A stretch of DNA of 64,000 nucleotides, from the NCBI RefSeq assembly GCF_001194135.2, contig NC_068988.1, forward strand, positions 30,167,155 to 30,231,154. Direction: 5' to 3'. This DNA is from Octopus bimaculoides. Its lineage: Eukaryota. A program made the position numbers and the translations under genes. The notes below the pieces were generated by a model that saw nothing but the letters and a program-made list of their open reading frames with translations, had not been told where the DNA came from and made no database searches. Shown here piece after piece: positions 23,000 to 33,961 of this stretch (position 1 is its first letter; the number at the start of each line of letters is the position of its first letter).

Positions 23000-25900
23000 G
23001 TGTGTGTATATATATATGTGTATAGTTGGAATTTACAAAAAAACAAAAGACAAAGACGGGTGTGTAAACAACAAACAGATGTATTAGTTTAATGCTCAGG
23101 AAGTGAGAAAGTCTTTTACGTTTCAAGCCTACGCTCTTCGACAGAAAGGAACACAGAAATAAACAGGGAGAGAAAATAAAAAAGGTTTAGTGGCTAGCGA
23201 CCAATCATAGCGAAATATATATATATATATATATATATAAATTTACTTTATAAATTCATTTATGTCTGTATGTCATAATTACCAAATAGCAATTAAAACC
23301 AGCTCCACTTGAAGAAGAGGTCAACATGCCATTAAGGAAAAGGAGAAGCTTATTGGCTGGAGTTAAGAGGACTTTGATTTATATTAGAAAAAGAGTAGAA
23401 CACATTTATGTTCGAGGTAATTTGCATAATTTAAGCATAAATGAGCCAAGGAAAATAACTCAAAGTGGCCCTTGGCATATATTAGGACAACAGAGGCAAA
23501 TACAAATATGTCATGTACCATACGATATAAATTATCAATTTATTAAAATTACCTGTGCCTTTAGACAATGGCAGTTAAGACTGGCTCCTTATGAGAAGGG
23601 GAAACAATCTCAAGAATGAAGAATTTCTTTAAAGTTGAGAGGATATCAAAGCAAAAAAGAGGCTTATTGACTGGGGGGATGAGGGGACAGCTGTGATTCT
23701 AGCTTGACAGCTACAAAAGTACTGTTTATGATTGGAATTGGTGTCCAATATCCATTTTCTCCATTTTGTAGATAACACTTCTATCACCATGGTGTTGTTC
23801 ATTTTGTTTTGTTTTGTTTTTTTGTTTCAATTTCTAGGTTCTTCGGGCTGGTTCTGATTTGAATGACCAGAAATGGCACACCATGCAGCTGAAAAGGAAG
23901 GGGAACCAATTATATCTTAAAGTTGACAATGGCAAAGCAAGTGAAGGTAAATTTGATTTGAGTTCATAATTTTTTTTCTCCTCACATATTGAATTCTTGA
24001 CCAGAAGGTTGTGAAGGCGCATGGCACAGTGATCAGAGTGTCAGGCTCACAATCATGAGGTAGTGAGTTCAACTCCCAGACCAAGCTGTTTGTTGTGTTC
24101 TTGAGCAAGACACTTTATTTCATGGTGCTCCAGTTCACTCAGCTGTAGAAATTGGTTGCAGCATCACTGATGCCAAGTCGTATTGGCCACTTTGCCTTTC
24201 CCTTGGACTACATCAGTGGTATGGAGATGGTAAACTGGTATGCATGGGTGACTGCTGGTCTTCCACAAAAAAACTTGCCTGGACTTATGCCTCAGGGGGG
24301 AACTTTCTAGGTGCAATCCCATGGTCATTCATGACCGAAGGGAGTCTTTACCCAATTTTACTTTACTACATGTTATTGTAAACACTACTACATGTAAGTT
24401 TATATGTGAACATAGACACTGCTATAATTTACTTTGCAAATTCAGGTATCTTTCAATGAAAATGATGCTTTAAGTTCTGTTTGGTTACATGATAACTCCC
24501 TTTTTTTTTCTAAGCACCTGTTTCTCAAATGTTTTTGTTTAATTTCAGGTCATGTTGATGGTAAAGGATTTTATTTCATCATGAAGCGATTGGACATTGC
24601 ATCGGCAAAAGGAGGAAGTCCAGATGGCAGCTACTTCGTTGGTTTCTTGCAGAATCTTTTCTACAATGGACATGATGTTTTCTCCATGGAACAGCGAGAA
24701 CCTCGTACCACTCTTGTCTTTGTCAACAATACTAATCGTCTGCCTTCTATTGTCTACAACCCTATCACTATTTCAAACATCAAAAGTTTCGTTCGTTTAC
24801 CAAAACTGAATTCATTAGGAAACATTATTGAATTAATGTTTAAAACTAAAGAGTCCAGTGGAATCCTTCTCTTCAACAATGGTATGAACAATGAATTCAT
24901 TGCACTAGAAATCTTCAAACGTAATCTGTGGCTTGTCTATGACACAGGCAAAAACCCAACATCCATCCATTTGAACTCCCTTGATGTTAGCGATGACAAA
25001 TGGCACTCGGTCAAGATTAACTTTGTCACACCCCAGCAGATTATTGCCCACGTTGATGGTTCTGAGGTGATTTATAACCAACAGGCTTCAGACAAACTTG
25101 ATTTAGATGGTCCTCTTTATCTGGGTGGCATACCCAAGTCATTACTGAAGGGGAAAATTGCTGAACAATTAAGTTCTACGCATGGATTTAAAGGCTGCTT
25201 GGCTTCTATACATCTGAATGACAAACCTGTTGGTATGGGTAACTTGGCTGGTAAAGGTTCCAGTATCAAATCTGGTTGTCTTGGTACGTTAATATATTTT
25301 ATATATTTAATTTATTCTTATTTATTTGATTTGGTAATGATGTGTTGGATACTTGTTTCAGTTTTTTATGGTTCTTGTAAATATCCAGTTTCTTTCCAAA
25401 AATTTAACTGATTTTGAAAAAGTTATACATGTGCAATTGGTATGTAATTATGAATCAATGATTAAAATGCTTAATGTAAATGTTATAAATCATAATAAGC
25501 GCTAGTCTAGTGCTCATATAGAAAAATGGATAGGTTACTGTTTATCATATATTCTTTATTTTCCTTCTTACAGCTATATCTACCATCTGTCAAAAGACAA
25601 CTTGTGCCAATAATGGGCGATGCCATCAGGGGCCGACTGGTTATCTATGTGACTGTGACAAAACTGGTTACACAGGTACCAGATGTACCGAACGTGAGTA
25701 TGCTCCTATTTGTATGTTTATTTATTTTACGAAAGTATGTCTGTACATAGAAAGGTTCTCTGCCTGGGTTAAAGAGCCTCTATTAGTTTCTGTTCAGGAT
25801 TACTTGTTTCTTAAATAAATTGCCTTCCGTGCAGTCTGTAGAGTCCACAATTCTTCCTAATGCTACAATCTGAAAGCCACATCTTTCCATCAAATTGGGA

Positions 25901-27683
25901 TATATGTATATGTGTGTGTGTGTGTGTATCAGTCATGTCCACAGGCAGACTTATGTCCACTAATTGATAAATAATCCCTGCCTAATTATAATACCAAAAA
26001 ATACAACTGATCTGCCTGTTTTTCCTTCTAGTTGTGATTCTGAATTTCGGTGCCTCCCACTTTAATCCAAAGCAAAATTCTTCCCATTTTAATGGAATAG
26101 CTAATATGTTTTATGTATTATATACATCTCTCCTTGGTTATGGTTAAATGACTGCGGTAGCTATTGTATAATATACATTACAAAATATGCATGACGAAAT
26201 GACTGTCATCATCCATGTCTTTGATTGGTCACTTGTACATTGTTGAAACAATTGTAAATTATGGAATAAATGTAATGACATAGATCCTCCCTTCTTCATT
26301 GTGTCTGTGTATTGCCTTTTCTTGCCTTGGACCTTCAGTTCCTGATAAAGTCATAAAGACACTATCATGATATGCAGTAAACCTTAGGCGTTTTTAGACC
26401 TGGAAAAGGGCCATCTCTCTCCAAGTCTAACCATACTTGATTTTCTCCCAAAGAGGGAGAGAAAAAAAAGAGAGAAGAACTGATTCCAGTACAGAACTGA
26501 TACTTTATTAATCTCAGAAAGACAAAAGATATAACTGACTTCAGTGATATTCAAATTCAGATTACAAAGAGCCAGAATAAAGACTACTAGGAAGTCTATC
26601 TGATACTCTATCAACTTGGCCAATTTCCTAGCTTATAGATATATAAATATATACACCAAACCCATTCACAAAACTTTGGTCAACTTAGGGTTATAGTAGA
26701 AGTTGTGAAGGCACATGGCTTAGTGGTTAAGACAATCGGCTCATGATCATAAGGTCATGAGTTCAATTCTCAGTGACATGTTGTGTCCCTGAGCAAGACA
26801 CTTTATATCACGTTGCTCCAGTCCACTCAGCTGGCAAAAATGAGTGGTACCTGTATTTCAAAGGGCCGGCCTTGTCACACTCTGTGTCATGCTGAATCTC
26901 CCTGAGAATTACGTTAGGGGTACATGTGTCTGTGGAGTACTCAGCCACTTGCACGTTAATTTCACGAGCAAGCTGTTCTGTTGATCGTATCAGCTGGGAC
27001 CCTCGTCATCGTAACCAACCGAGTGTTCCTGCCTATAGTAGAAGATACTTGCCCTGAGTGTCACACAATGGGACCAAACCTAGGACCATGTGGTTGGGAA
27101 GCAAACTTATTATGCTGCCACATCTACTCATTTGATAAATGGAAACTGTGTGGAAGCCTATCAATTGTGTTTTTTTTTTTTAATGTACAACTGTCAAGCT
27201 GCCTTCTTTATGTAAGTAATAAACTAACATTGCTGGTCCCTTTTTGTTTTTTCTCTCTACAGAACCCCTTGGTTACTACATTGGCAAGAACAAGCTGCAT
27301 GGTGTAATAGTATATACCTACCCCCCAGATAAACGTATCGACTCTTCAGAAGAGGAACTTGCTTTAGGCTTTATGACACAGCATACTAATGGTGTATTGA
27401 CTCGTATTGTCAGTAGCGTCAACGATGACTTCATCGAAATACGAATGGTTTGTTGTTCCTTTTCCACATTCTTCATTTTTCATTTATCTTTCTCTCTCAC
27501 TCTTCTACCCACCCCACTAGCAACCTATCCTCCTAACTCTGCCGACTCACTACATTCCCCTCCCCTCCATCTCCCACTCTACTTTCACAACCTCCAGACT
27601 TACCCACCCACTCACCTTATCCAATCTCCACCCAGTCATGTTTCCACCATCTTATCTCTCTCACTCTCTCTCCCTCTCACTAC

Positions 27684-27715
<32 letters not shown>

Positions 27716-28064
27716 ATAAATATGCCCTTTTAAAGCCTAGCCAGGCTCATGGGCCCAGTTTCCTGGTTTCAATGGCGCATGTGTTCCCCAGCTGGACAGG
27801 ATGCCTGTCCATNNNNNNNNNNNNNNNNNNNNNNNNNNNNNNNNNNNNNNNNNNNNNNNNNNNNNNNNNNNNNNNNNNNNNNNNNNNNNNNNNNNNNNNN
27901 NNNNNNNNNNNNNNNNNNNNNNNNNNNNNNNNNNNNNNNNNNNNNNNNNNNNNNNNNNNNNNNNNNNNNNNNNNNNNNNNNNNNNNNNNNNNNNNNNNNN
28001 NNNNNNNNNNNNNNNNNNNNNNNNNNNNNNNNNNNNNNNNNNNNNNNNNNNNNNNNNNNNNNNN

Positions 28065-28108
<44 letters not shown>

Positions 28109-29453
28109 TAATCATAGTGTACAGGCATCCAGAACTGATCAACAAGGAACACTTTTCTATATTTTAGAGATGAGGAATTCTGGACATTATTTACATTGGA
28201 CAGATATTTGTCCTCATCTTGTTTGTTGTTAACACAACGTTTCGGCTGATATACCCTCCAGCCTTCATCAGGTGTCCTGGTAGAATTTTGAACCTAACAC
28301 TGGGTTCTCATTCCTAAGGTATTTTTTGCTGATGTTACTATTACGTTGATGACACCTTTATATTCTGGCCCCACCAGGAAGATGTCCAAGTACTACTAGA
28401 TCATGTGAACTCAATAAAGCCATCCATACAGTTCACAATGCGAAAGGAAAAAGACAATCAGCTGGCATTCCTGGACGTATTAATACCACGCACCAAGTAT
28501 GGATTCAGGACATCCATATACCGCCAGCCAACCTTCACTGGATGATATTTCAACTTCAATTCCCACCATCTTCTCTCTTCTTCTCTCCATACAGAGAAAC
28601 GAGACATGCAACATAAAGAGTATATCCCTTCGTCAGTTGTCCCTGTCAGTGCCTGTATGTACATATATCTGCTAAGTTGCAAGATGGTCCCTCATCCTTC
28701 CTTCAGAATTGCTCTGAACCTGTGACTGAACTGTTAAAAGCCTGCAAGTAACAACACCATTTCTCATAAAATGCAGGACAAGATAAACTTTTTTTCTTTT
28801 CAAAATAAAATATATTCAACCAACAATAATATTTCAATGTGTAGTGACTATGGCTGTATCAGACCCTATTTATCTTTTCAGGTTGATGGCAAAATCCAGG
28901 CCATCTATGATACAGCTGGAAGTAAACATATCTTAAGCAGCATTGGGAATTACAGTGATGGACAATATCACACATTGTACTTCACAAGAAATTTTACAGA
29001 CTCTGTTTTGTTAATAGATAATAATGAAAGTATTACCAGTGAAAACGAAGGTCAGATATTGTTGTTTTTGTTTTTGTGCTATTTTCTTATTACTTTAAGT
29101 ATCTGCTTTTCTGCTTGTTTCAGTCATTGGACTGCAGCCATACTTGTCAGCATCTTGAAGGGTTTAGCTGAATAAATTGACCTCCTAGAATTTATTTTCT
29201 TAAAGTCTCGTACTTGGTCTCTTTTGCCACACTTTTGGTCTCCTTTGCCACACTCCTAAAATACAGGGGTGTAAACTAACCAACACCAGTCGTCAAACAG
29301 TGAGTATGGACAAATGCAAAGACAGACTGGAGCAATTTAAAATGAAGTGTTTTGCTCAAGAACATAATGCGCCACTATGTCTGGGAATTGAACCCACAAA
29401 CATCTAAATCATGAGTGCCACACCTTAACCACTTGACTATGCACCTTCATATA

Positions 29454-29503
<50 letters not shown>

Positions 29504-30925
29504 GTGGGCTTCCACACAGTTTCCAACATCCATTTTCACTCACAAGATGTTATTTGCCTCAAGTCTATTGTAGGAATCACTTGCCCAAGGTGCTGCACAG
29601 TGGTACTGAACCCCTAAAGGGAGCAGCTCCTGCTGGAGAGACTCCTTGATCTCTGACCTCCACATCCTGTCAAGTAACATTACTCCAAAGATAGTTTGGA
29701 GGGTCCCAAAGGATCTTTGGAAGTACTTGCCTTTGCCATCATACTCTTTTGGTCATTTATCTTCGGTTGTTCATTATGACATTGTTACAAAACCTTAACA
29801 CAATCTTTTCACTTGCAGATACCTACCCAGCTGGCTATTTTGATAAATTAACTACAATAACTGTGGGTGCAGCTGAAAAGATCTCTGCTAGTGAATACAA
29901 AGAACCGTTTTATGGTATCATTGGAGGTGAGTACCTTTTCTTTCTTTTTTACAGCAATTACGCCAGATTATTCCAGCTTATGAGTCACAAATATTTTTCT
30001 TATTTTTTCTGATGCCGTTTTATATGGTTTTGTCAAAGGGAGAGAAGAAAGAACAGTAAGGCTGCGAAGGGAGGTAATGCAACAGAGGGGTGGGAATAAA
30101 AAGAGACAGAAAGAAAGAAATATCACAACTAGATACTGGAGGAAGTAAACAGACCAAGATATCAAGTTTTCTTCTGACCAGAGACCAGGTCTGCAACACA
30201 GCAGACATTACTAAAGGCATCCATTTAGGGTGATGTTAAATTAAGCTGTAGATTAAGCCTGGCACCCACAAACTAGTATATTTCCTCTATCAGGTTTCAG
30301 TACAGTTTCTGTACACTCAATTACAGTCACAAGACTTGGGTCAGCTCATGTTTGCAATAGAAGACTTTTGCCCAAGGGGTACGCCCTTCCAATTTGGATA
30401 GCCATGTATGATTTCTACAGCAAGACACCAGTTCCTGTCCGTCTATCATACTTAAATCTCTCCATCTCTTGGCACGGTTAAATTTTTGGTTAACAGATTA
30501 ATAGTTAACAAAGTTAACTTTTCGCTTAATGGTGCCCACCTTTGGTACTCAAAGAAAATGCTATAAAACTCAAACTAATAGAGCTCTTCATAGAATGTGT
30601 GCTGTGCCTGTTAGGGTTATGGTTTTCTTGGTACCATATCTACAAATTTTTCCATTCCTTTCATTATTACTTCAAATAACAAGTATTGTAGAGCTTTTCA
30701 TCTTCATCTTCCACATTTGGCAGTTTCCATACTCTGATTTTTTTGTCCTATTGAATTTTGTTGAGTTCTAATCATTTTCTTTTTTAAAATTTAATATCTT
30801 TTATTCCTTTATTCTTTTGATCAGGTTACAATTTCAATAATCTATTCCTGTTTAACAATCGTAGAAAACTGACAATATCAGGTGATGCCGTCATTGCAGA
30901 CATACCATATTCTCTTTCAGGGTAA
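9678..30925 (+). CDS. Neurexin-like multi-LamG/EGF protein, 5'-partial, >=1400 aa (2x pentraxin/ConA-like LamG, LNS, LNS, EGF, LNS, LNS, EGF, LNS)
   Basis: join(9678-10295,15293-15877,16532-16719,17805-17936,19044-19205,19736-20323,20704-20899,22231-22448,23838-23946,24549-25283,25574-25693,27263-27447,28882-29050,29819-29926,30825-30921 or -30925). All 14 introns are GT-AG with matching phases; 4210 nt open. Motifs align to alpha-neurexin LNS2-LNS6 (SPITF..SYV..W; LNDQKWH; NPITI..KSFV.L; [14 protein letters not shown]). Confidence 0.9.
12010..12418 (-). mobile_element. tRNA-derived SINE, family B, near full-length and CpG-retaining (young)
   Basis: Reverse head ggagtggctgtgtggtaagtagcttgct...gggttcagtcccactgcgtggcaccttgggcaagtgtc. 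Similar copies at 32845-33200, 51720-52105, 52950-53335, 55850-56150 (-) and 33325-33695, 43975-44125 (+). Confidence 0.85.
15293..15877 (+). CDS. Neurexin-like gene exon B: pentraxin/ConA-like LamG domain 2 (phase 1-1)
   Basis: cag|TT GCT...AAG C|gtaagt; [41 protein letters not shown]. Confidence 0.9.
15995..16248 (-). mobile_element. Mariner relic: transposase C-terminus plus terminal repeat
   Basis: - strand [45 protein letters not shown] (16247-16108); TA-cgagggtgagtcaaaaa TIR at 15995. Confidence 0.85.
16532..16719 (+). CDS. Neurexin-like gene exon C (LNS2-like, part 1)
   Basis: cag|CT GAA...ATC AAA|gtgagt; [19 protein letters not shown]. Confidence 0.9.
16786..17065. repeat. Minisatellite of 7 units (about 34-44 bp), each built on a 26-bp palindrome
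   Basis: Consensus core catgggagtcac-ca-gtgactcccatg separated by related AT-rich linkers. Confidence 0.9.
17805..17936 (+). CDS. Neurexin-like gene exon D (LNS2-like, part 2)
   Basis: tag|GAT GGT...CAC GAG|gtgaga; [25 protein letters not shown]; absent from the ORF track. Confidence 0.88.
17996..18057. repeat. 31-bp perfect-centre hairpin/palindrome in an intron
   Basis: Centre between 18026 and 18027; only a C-A mismatch (18013/18040) and a U-G wobble (17998/18055). Confidence 0.9.
19044..19205 (+). CDS. Neurexin-like gene exon E (LNS2-like, part 3)
   Basis: cag|GTT TAC...GGC AAT|gtaagc; [21 protein letters not shown]; absent from the ORF track. Confidence 0.88.
19736..20323 (+). CDS. 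Neurexin-like gene exon F (Pro/Thr linker plus LNS3-like)
   Basis: tag|CTG ATC...GTG CAG|gtgagt; [36 protein letters not shown]. Confidence 0.92.
20345..20660. repeat. Degenerate (CAT/CGT)n trinucleotide tract, about 300 bp, intronic
   Basis: Read directly; produces spurious poly-His/Ile/Ser ORFs. Confidence 0.9.
20704..20899 (+). CDS. Neurexin-like gene exon G (EGF domain)
   Basis: tag|ATG AAC...CAA G|gtatcc; [32 protein letters not shown]. Confidence 0.92.
21218..21540 (+). mobile_element. RTE-clade LINE ORF2 3' fragment spanning a gap
   Basis: [39 protein letters not shown], followed by the family C tail. Confidence 0.8.
22231..22448 (+). CDS. Neurexin-like gene exon H (LNS4-like, part 1)
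   Basis: cag|CT GCT...AGA AAG|gtaaaa; [17 protein letters not shown]. Confidence 0.9.
22870..22905 (-). ncRNA. Hammerhead-like motif (variant core CUGUCGA) in a repeat terminus; duplicated at 23113-23148
   Basis: CUUU-CUGUCGA-A-GAGC-GUAG-GCUU-GAAAC-GUA-AAAG: stems I and II pair, minimal palindromic stem III; core A6 is U. Confidence 0.45.
23838..23946 (+). CDS. Neurexin-like gene exon I (LNS4-like, part 2)
   Basis: tag|GTT CTT...GAA G|gtaaat; [32 protein letters not shown]; absent from the ORF track. Confidence 0.9.
24549..25283 (+). CDS. Neurexin-like gene exon J (end of LNS4-like plus LNS5-like)
   Basis: cag|GT CAT...CTT G|gtacgt; [44 protein letters not shown]. Confidence 0.92.
25574..25693 (+). 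CDS. Neurexin-like gene exon K (EGF domain)
   Basis: cag|CT ATA...GAA C|gtgagt; [33 protein letters not shown]. Confidence 0.92.
27263..27447 (+). CDS. Neurexin-like gene exon L (LNS6-like, part 1)
   Basis: cag|AA CCC...CGA ATG|gtttgt; [30 protein letters not shown]. Confidence 0.9.
28191..28327 (-). mobile_element. Penelope-like terminal repeat (pLTR) fragment, inverted relative to the adjacent RT fragment
   Basis: Homologous to 34060-34191 on the + strand; contains the hammerhead motif; abuts the PLE RT at 28342. Confidence 0.7.
28231..28276 (-). ncRNA. Minimal type I hammerhead ribozyme motif
   Basis: GACAC-CUGAUGA-A-GGCUG-GAGGGUAUAU-CAGCC-GAAAC-GUU-GUGUU: core intact, stem I GACAC/GUGUU, stem II 5 bp, palindromic AACGUU stem III. 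Extra A before stem II; U at position 17. Confidence 0.65.
28342..28569 (+). mobile_element. Penelope-like element reverse transcriptase fragment
   Basis: [59 protein letters not shown], typical PLE RT motifs from the YVDD catalytic motif onward; one stop at 28543. Confidence 0.85.
28882..29050 (+). CDS. Neurexin-like gene exon M (LNS6-like, part 2)
   Basis: cag|GTT GAT...GAA G|gtcaga; [19 protein letters not shown]. Confidence 0.9.
29819..29926 (+). CDS. Neurexin-like gene exon N (LNS6-like, part 3)
   Basis: cag|AT ACC...GGA G|gtgagt; ITVGA..PFYGIIG. Confidence 0.88.
30825..30925 (+). CDS. Neurexin-like gene exon O (end of LNS6-like): spliced at 30921 or read through to TAA at 30923-30925
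   Basis: cag|GT TAC AAT...[27 protein letters not shown]|gtaagt; unspliced reading gives SG*. Confidence 0.8.
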
Positions 30926-31802
30926 GTAAAAATGTTTATTGCAGATATACTGGATTTGCTTGGTTGGTAATGAAAGGGTTAAGCTATGGAAAATGGAGTA
31001 AAAGAATCATTCTAAGAAACCTCTATTTTCCATCATAATTATTTTATTTCCATTTCTCTTAACTCACATAGATCTGGCTCCCTTCCAGCAAAGTATCTTA
31101 CCATTTGCTGCAGTTCTTTGTAATCTGTCATAATGATTCGCATTCTAAGATCACATCTTGATGAAACTTTGCATACATGTTAAACTAACATCCAGTTGAG
31201 TGATAGGCTAATTGGATTTCAATAAAAATCTATAATGGGCCTCCTAGGTGGTGGTGGGGAGGGCTGTAGCACATGTTTATAAATCAGCTACGATAAGCTA
31301 TGACACATGACAACGTGGACTATTTGTCAATGTCTTTGTAAATCTACCTATTTATCTAATTTATTTTACTCAGGTATCACCAGGTAATTCAGCTAGTGTT
31401 ATATATATATTCTTTTCTACTCTAGGCACAAGGCCTGAAATTTTTGAGGAAGGAGGCCAGTCAATTAGATTGACCCCAGTATGCAACTGGTACTTAATTT
31501 ATCGACCCTGAAAGGATGAAAGGCAAAGTCGACCTCAGCAGAATTTGAACTCAGAACGTAATGACAGACGAAATGCTGCTAAGCATTTCGCTTGGAGTAC
31601 TAACGTTTCTGCCAGCTCGCCACTTTAAGTGTTATATATATTGATTTTTCTCAGTTCAAACTCCACCAAGGTCAATTTTGCTTTTCATCCCCCAAAAATT
31701 GATGAAATATGTACCAGTTAACTACTGGGGTTAATTTAATAAACTGTTTTTAACTCCTAAAATGTGGACCTGTGCCTCTATCAGAATTCTTTTTTTTTTA
31801 TC

Positions 31803-32735
31803 NNNNNNNNNNNNNNNNNNNNNNNNNNNNNNNNNNNNNNNNNNNNNNNNNNNNNNNNNNNNNNNNNNNNNNNNNNNNNNNNNNNNNNNNNNNNNNNNNN
31901 NNNNNNNNNNNNNNNNNNNNNNNNNNNNNNNNNNNNNNNNNNNNNNNNNNNNNNNNNNNNNNNNNNNNNNNNNNNNNNNNNNNNNNNNNNNNNNNNNNNN
32001 NNNNNNNNNNNNNNNNNNNNNNNNNNNNNNNNNNNNNNNNNNNNNNNNNNNNNNNNNNNNNNNNNNNNNNNNNNNNNNNNNNNNNNNNNNNNNNNNNNNN
32101 NNNNNNNNNNNNNNNNNNNNNNNNNNNNNNNNNNNNNNNNNNNNNNNNNNNNNNNNNNNNNNNNNNNNNNNNNNNNNNNNNNNNNNNNNNNNNNNNNNNN
32201 NNNNNNNNNNNNNNNNNNNNNNNNNNNNNNNNNNNNNNNNNNNNNNNNNNNNNNNNNNNNNNNNNNNNNNNNNNNNNNNNNNNNNNNNNNNNNNNNNNNN
32301 NNNNNNNNNNNNNNNNNNNNNNNNNNNNNNNNNNNNNNNNNNNNNNNNNNNNNNNNNNNNNNNNNNNNNNNNNNNNNNNNNNNNNNNNNNNNNNNNNNNN
32401 NNNNNNNNNNNNNNNNNNNNNNNNNNNNNNNNNNNNNNNNNNNNNNNNNNNNNNNNNNNNNNNNNNNNNNNNNNNNNNNNNNNNNNNNNNNNNNNNNNNN
32501 NNNNNNNNNNNNNNNNNNNNNNNNNNNNNNNNNNNNNNNNNNNNNNNNNNNNNNNNNNNNNNNNNNNNNNNNNNNNNNNNNNNNNNNNNNNNNNNNNNNN
32601 NNNNNNNNNNNNNNNNNNNNNNNNNNNNNNNNNNNNNNNNNNNNNNNNNNNNNNNNNNNNNNNNNNNNNNNNNNNNNNNNNNNNNNNNNNNNNNNNNNNN
32701 NNNNNNNNNNNNNNNNNNNNNNNNNNNNNNNNNNN
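31803..32735. other. Assembly gap (933 N) between the neurexin-like and WD40 exons
   Basis: N run. Other gaps: 6053-6062, 21397-21492, 22950-22959, 27813-28064, 36094-36154, 40786-41374, 55775-55839, 59335-60195, 61788-61958. Confidence 1.
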
Positions 32736-33961
32736 TTGCTCTCTCAACTGTAACACTCCGTAATGCACTTTGTTTGGAATTAATTAATGCATTGTCTTGT
32801 AGCTTCAAGATTGTAAGGATGTTCTTTTCGTTTTCTTTTATTTGTTTCAGTCATTTGACTACGGCCATGCTGGAGCATCGACTTTAGTCAAACAAATCAA
32901 CCCCGGGGCTTATTCTTTGTAATCCTAGTACTTATTTCATCAGTCTCTTTTGCCGAACCGCTAAACTATAGGATTGTAAACACACCAACATCGGTTGTCA
33001 AGCAACTGTAGGGGCACAAACACACACATACACATATATACAACGGGCTTCTTTCAATTTCCGTCTACCAAATCCACTCACAAGGCTTTGGTCAGCCCAA
33101 GACCGTAGTAGAAGACACTTGCCCAAGGTGCCATGCAGTAAGACTGAACTCAGAACCATGTGGTCTGGAAGCAAGCATTTTACCACACAGCTACTCCTGA
33201 CTGTTTATTTTTAGAATGACATTGTAGGGTAAGTGTGAGAGGCAGGATCTAGTGAGTTTGAACAGAAAACAGGGTGAATATTAAAACCAGATATGACTGG
33301 GTTGAATGCTAAAGGGTTAAGATAGGCACAAGTGTGGTTGTGTGGTGAGAAGTTTGCTTCCCAACCACATGGTTCTGGGTTCAGTCCCACTGTGTGGAAC
33401 CTTAAACAAGTGTCTTCTACTATAGCTTTGGGCTGACCAAAGCCTTATGAGTGGATTTGGTAGACGGAAACTGAAAGAAGCTCATCGTATGTATGTGTGT
33501 GTGTGTATCTTTGTGTCTGTTTGTCTTCCACCCTCACTTGACAGACAGTTTTGGTGTTGGTATGTTTATGTCTCCCATAACTTAGTGGTTTAGCAAAAGA
33601 AACCAATAGAACTAAAAACTCATTCAACTAAAAACTCTTCTAGGTGGTGCCCCAGCATGGCCACAGTCTGATGACTGAAACAAATAAAAGATACAACACC
33701 TTTCAAGTTGGCATATTGCTACTGATACCAGATCTCAAAGCATTAAGCTATGTAATTAAGTTTTCACCATATATTGACTATAGGAAATAATCTAATATTG
33801 AAACAGAATAATGGGCCTTAATATATGTGGGAATTAAACTGATCCAAAATAAAATGGAAACAACTCTGACAAGTAAAGTTCCATATTTAAGGGATGTGGA
33901 ATTATGTACATTATTTACATTTGACAGATATTTGTACTTTACCACTATGCCATATGCCCAT

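Noticed and set aside
22717-23192. Exact 233-bp tandem duplication (22717-22949 = 22960-23192)
   Set aside because: The two identical copies flank a 10-N gap and begin in an (AT)n run: a typical unmerged contig overlap, so probably an assembly artefact.
25694-27262. Beta-neurexin-like internal first exon before the last LNS domain
   Set aside because: No ATG plus signal-peptide plus phase-1 donor combination found; the intron is mostly SINE and AT-rich sequence.
31731-32887. Long ORFs of 200-370 aa in the track (also near 27.7-28.2 kb, 40.7-41.5 kb and 59.3-60.2 kb)
   Set aside because: They consist almost entirely of X from N-gaps.
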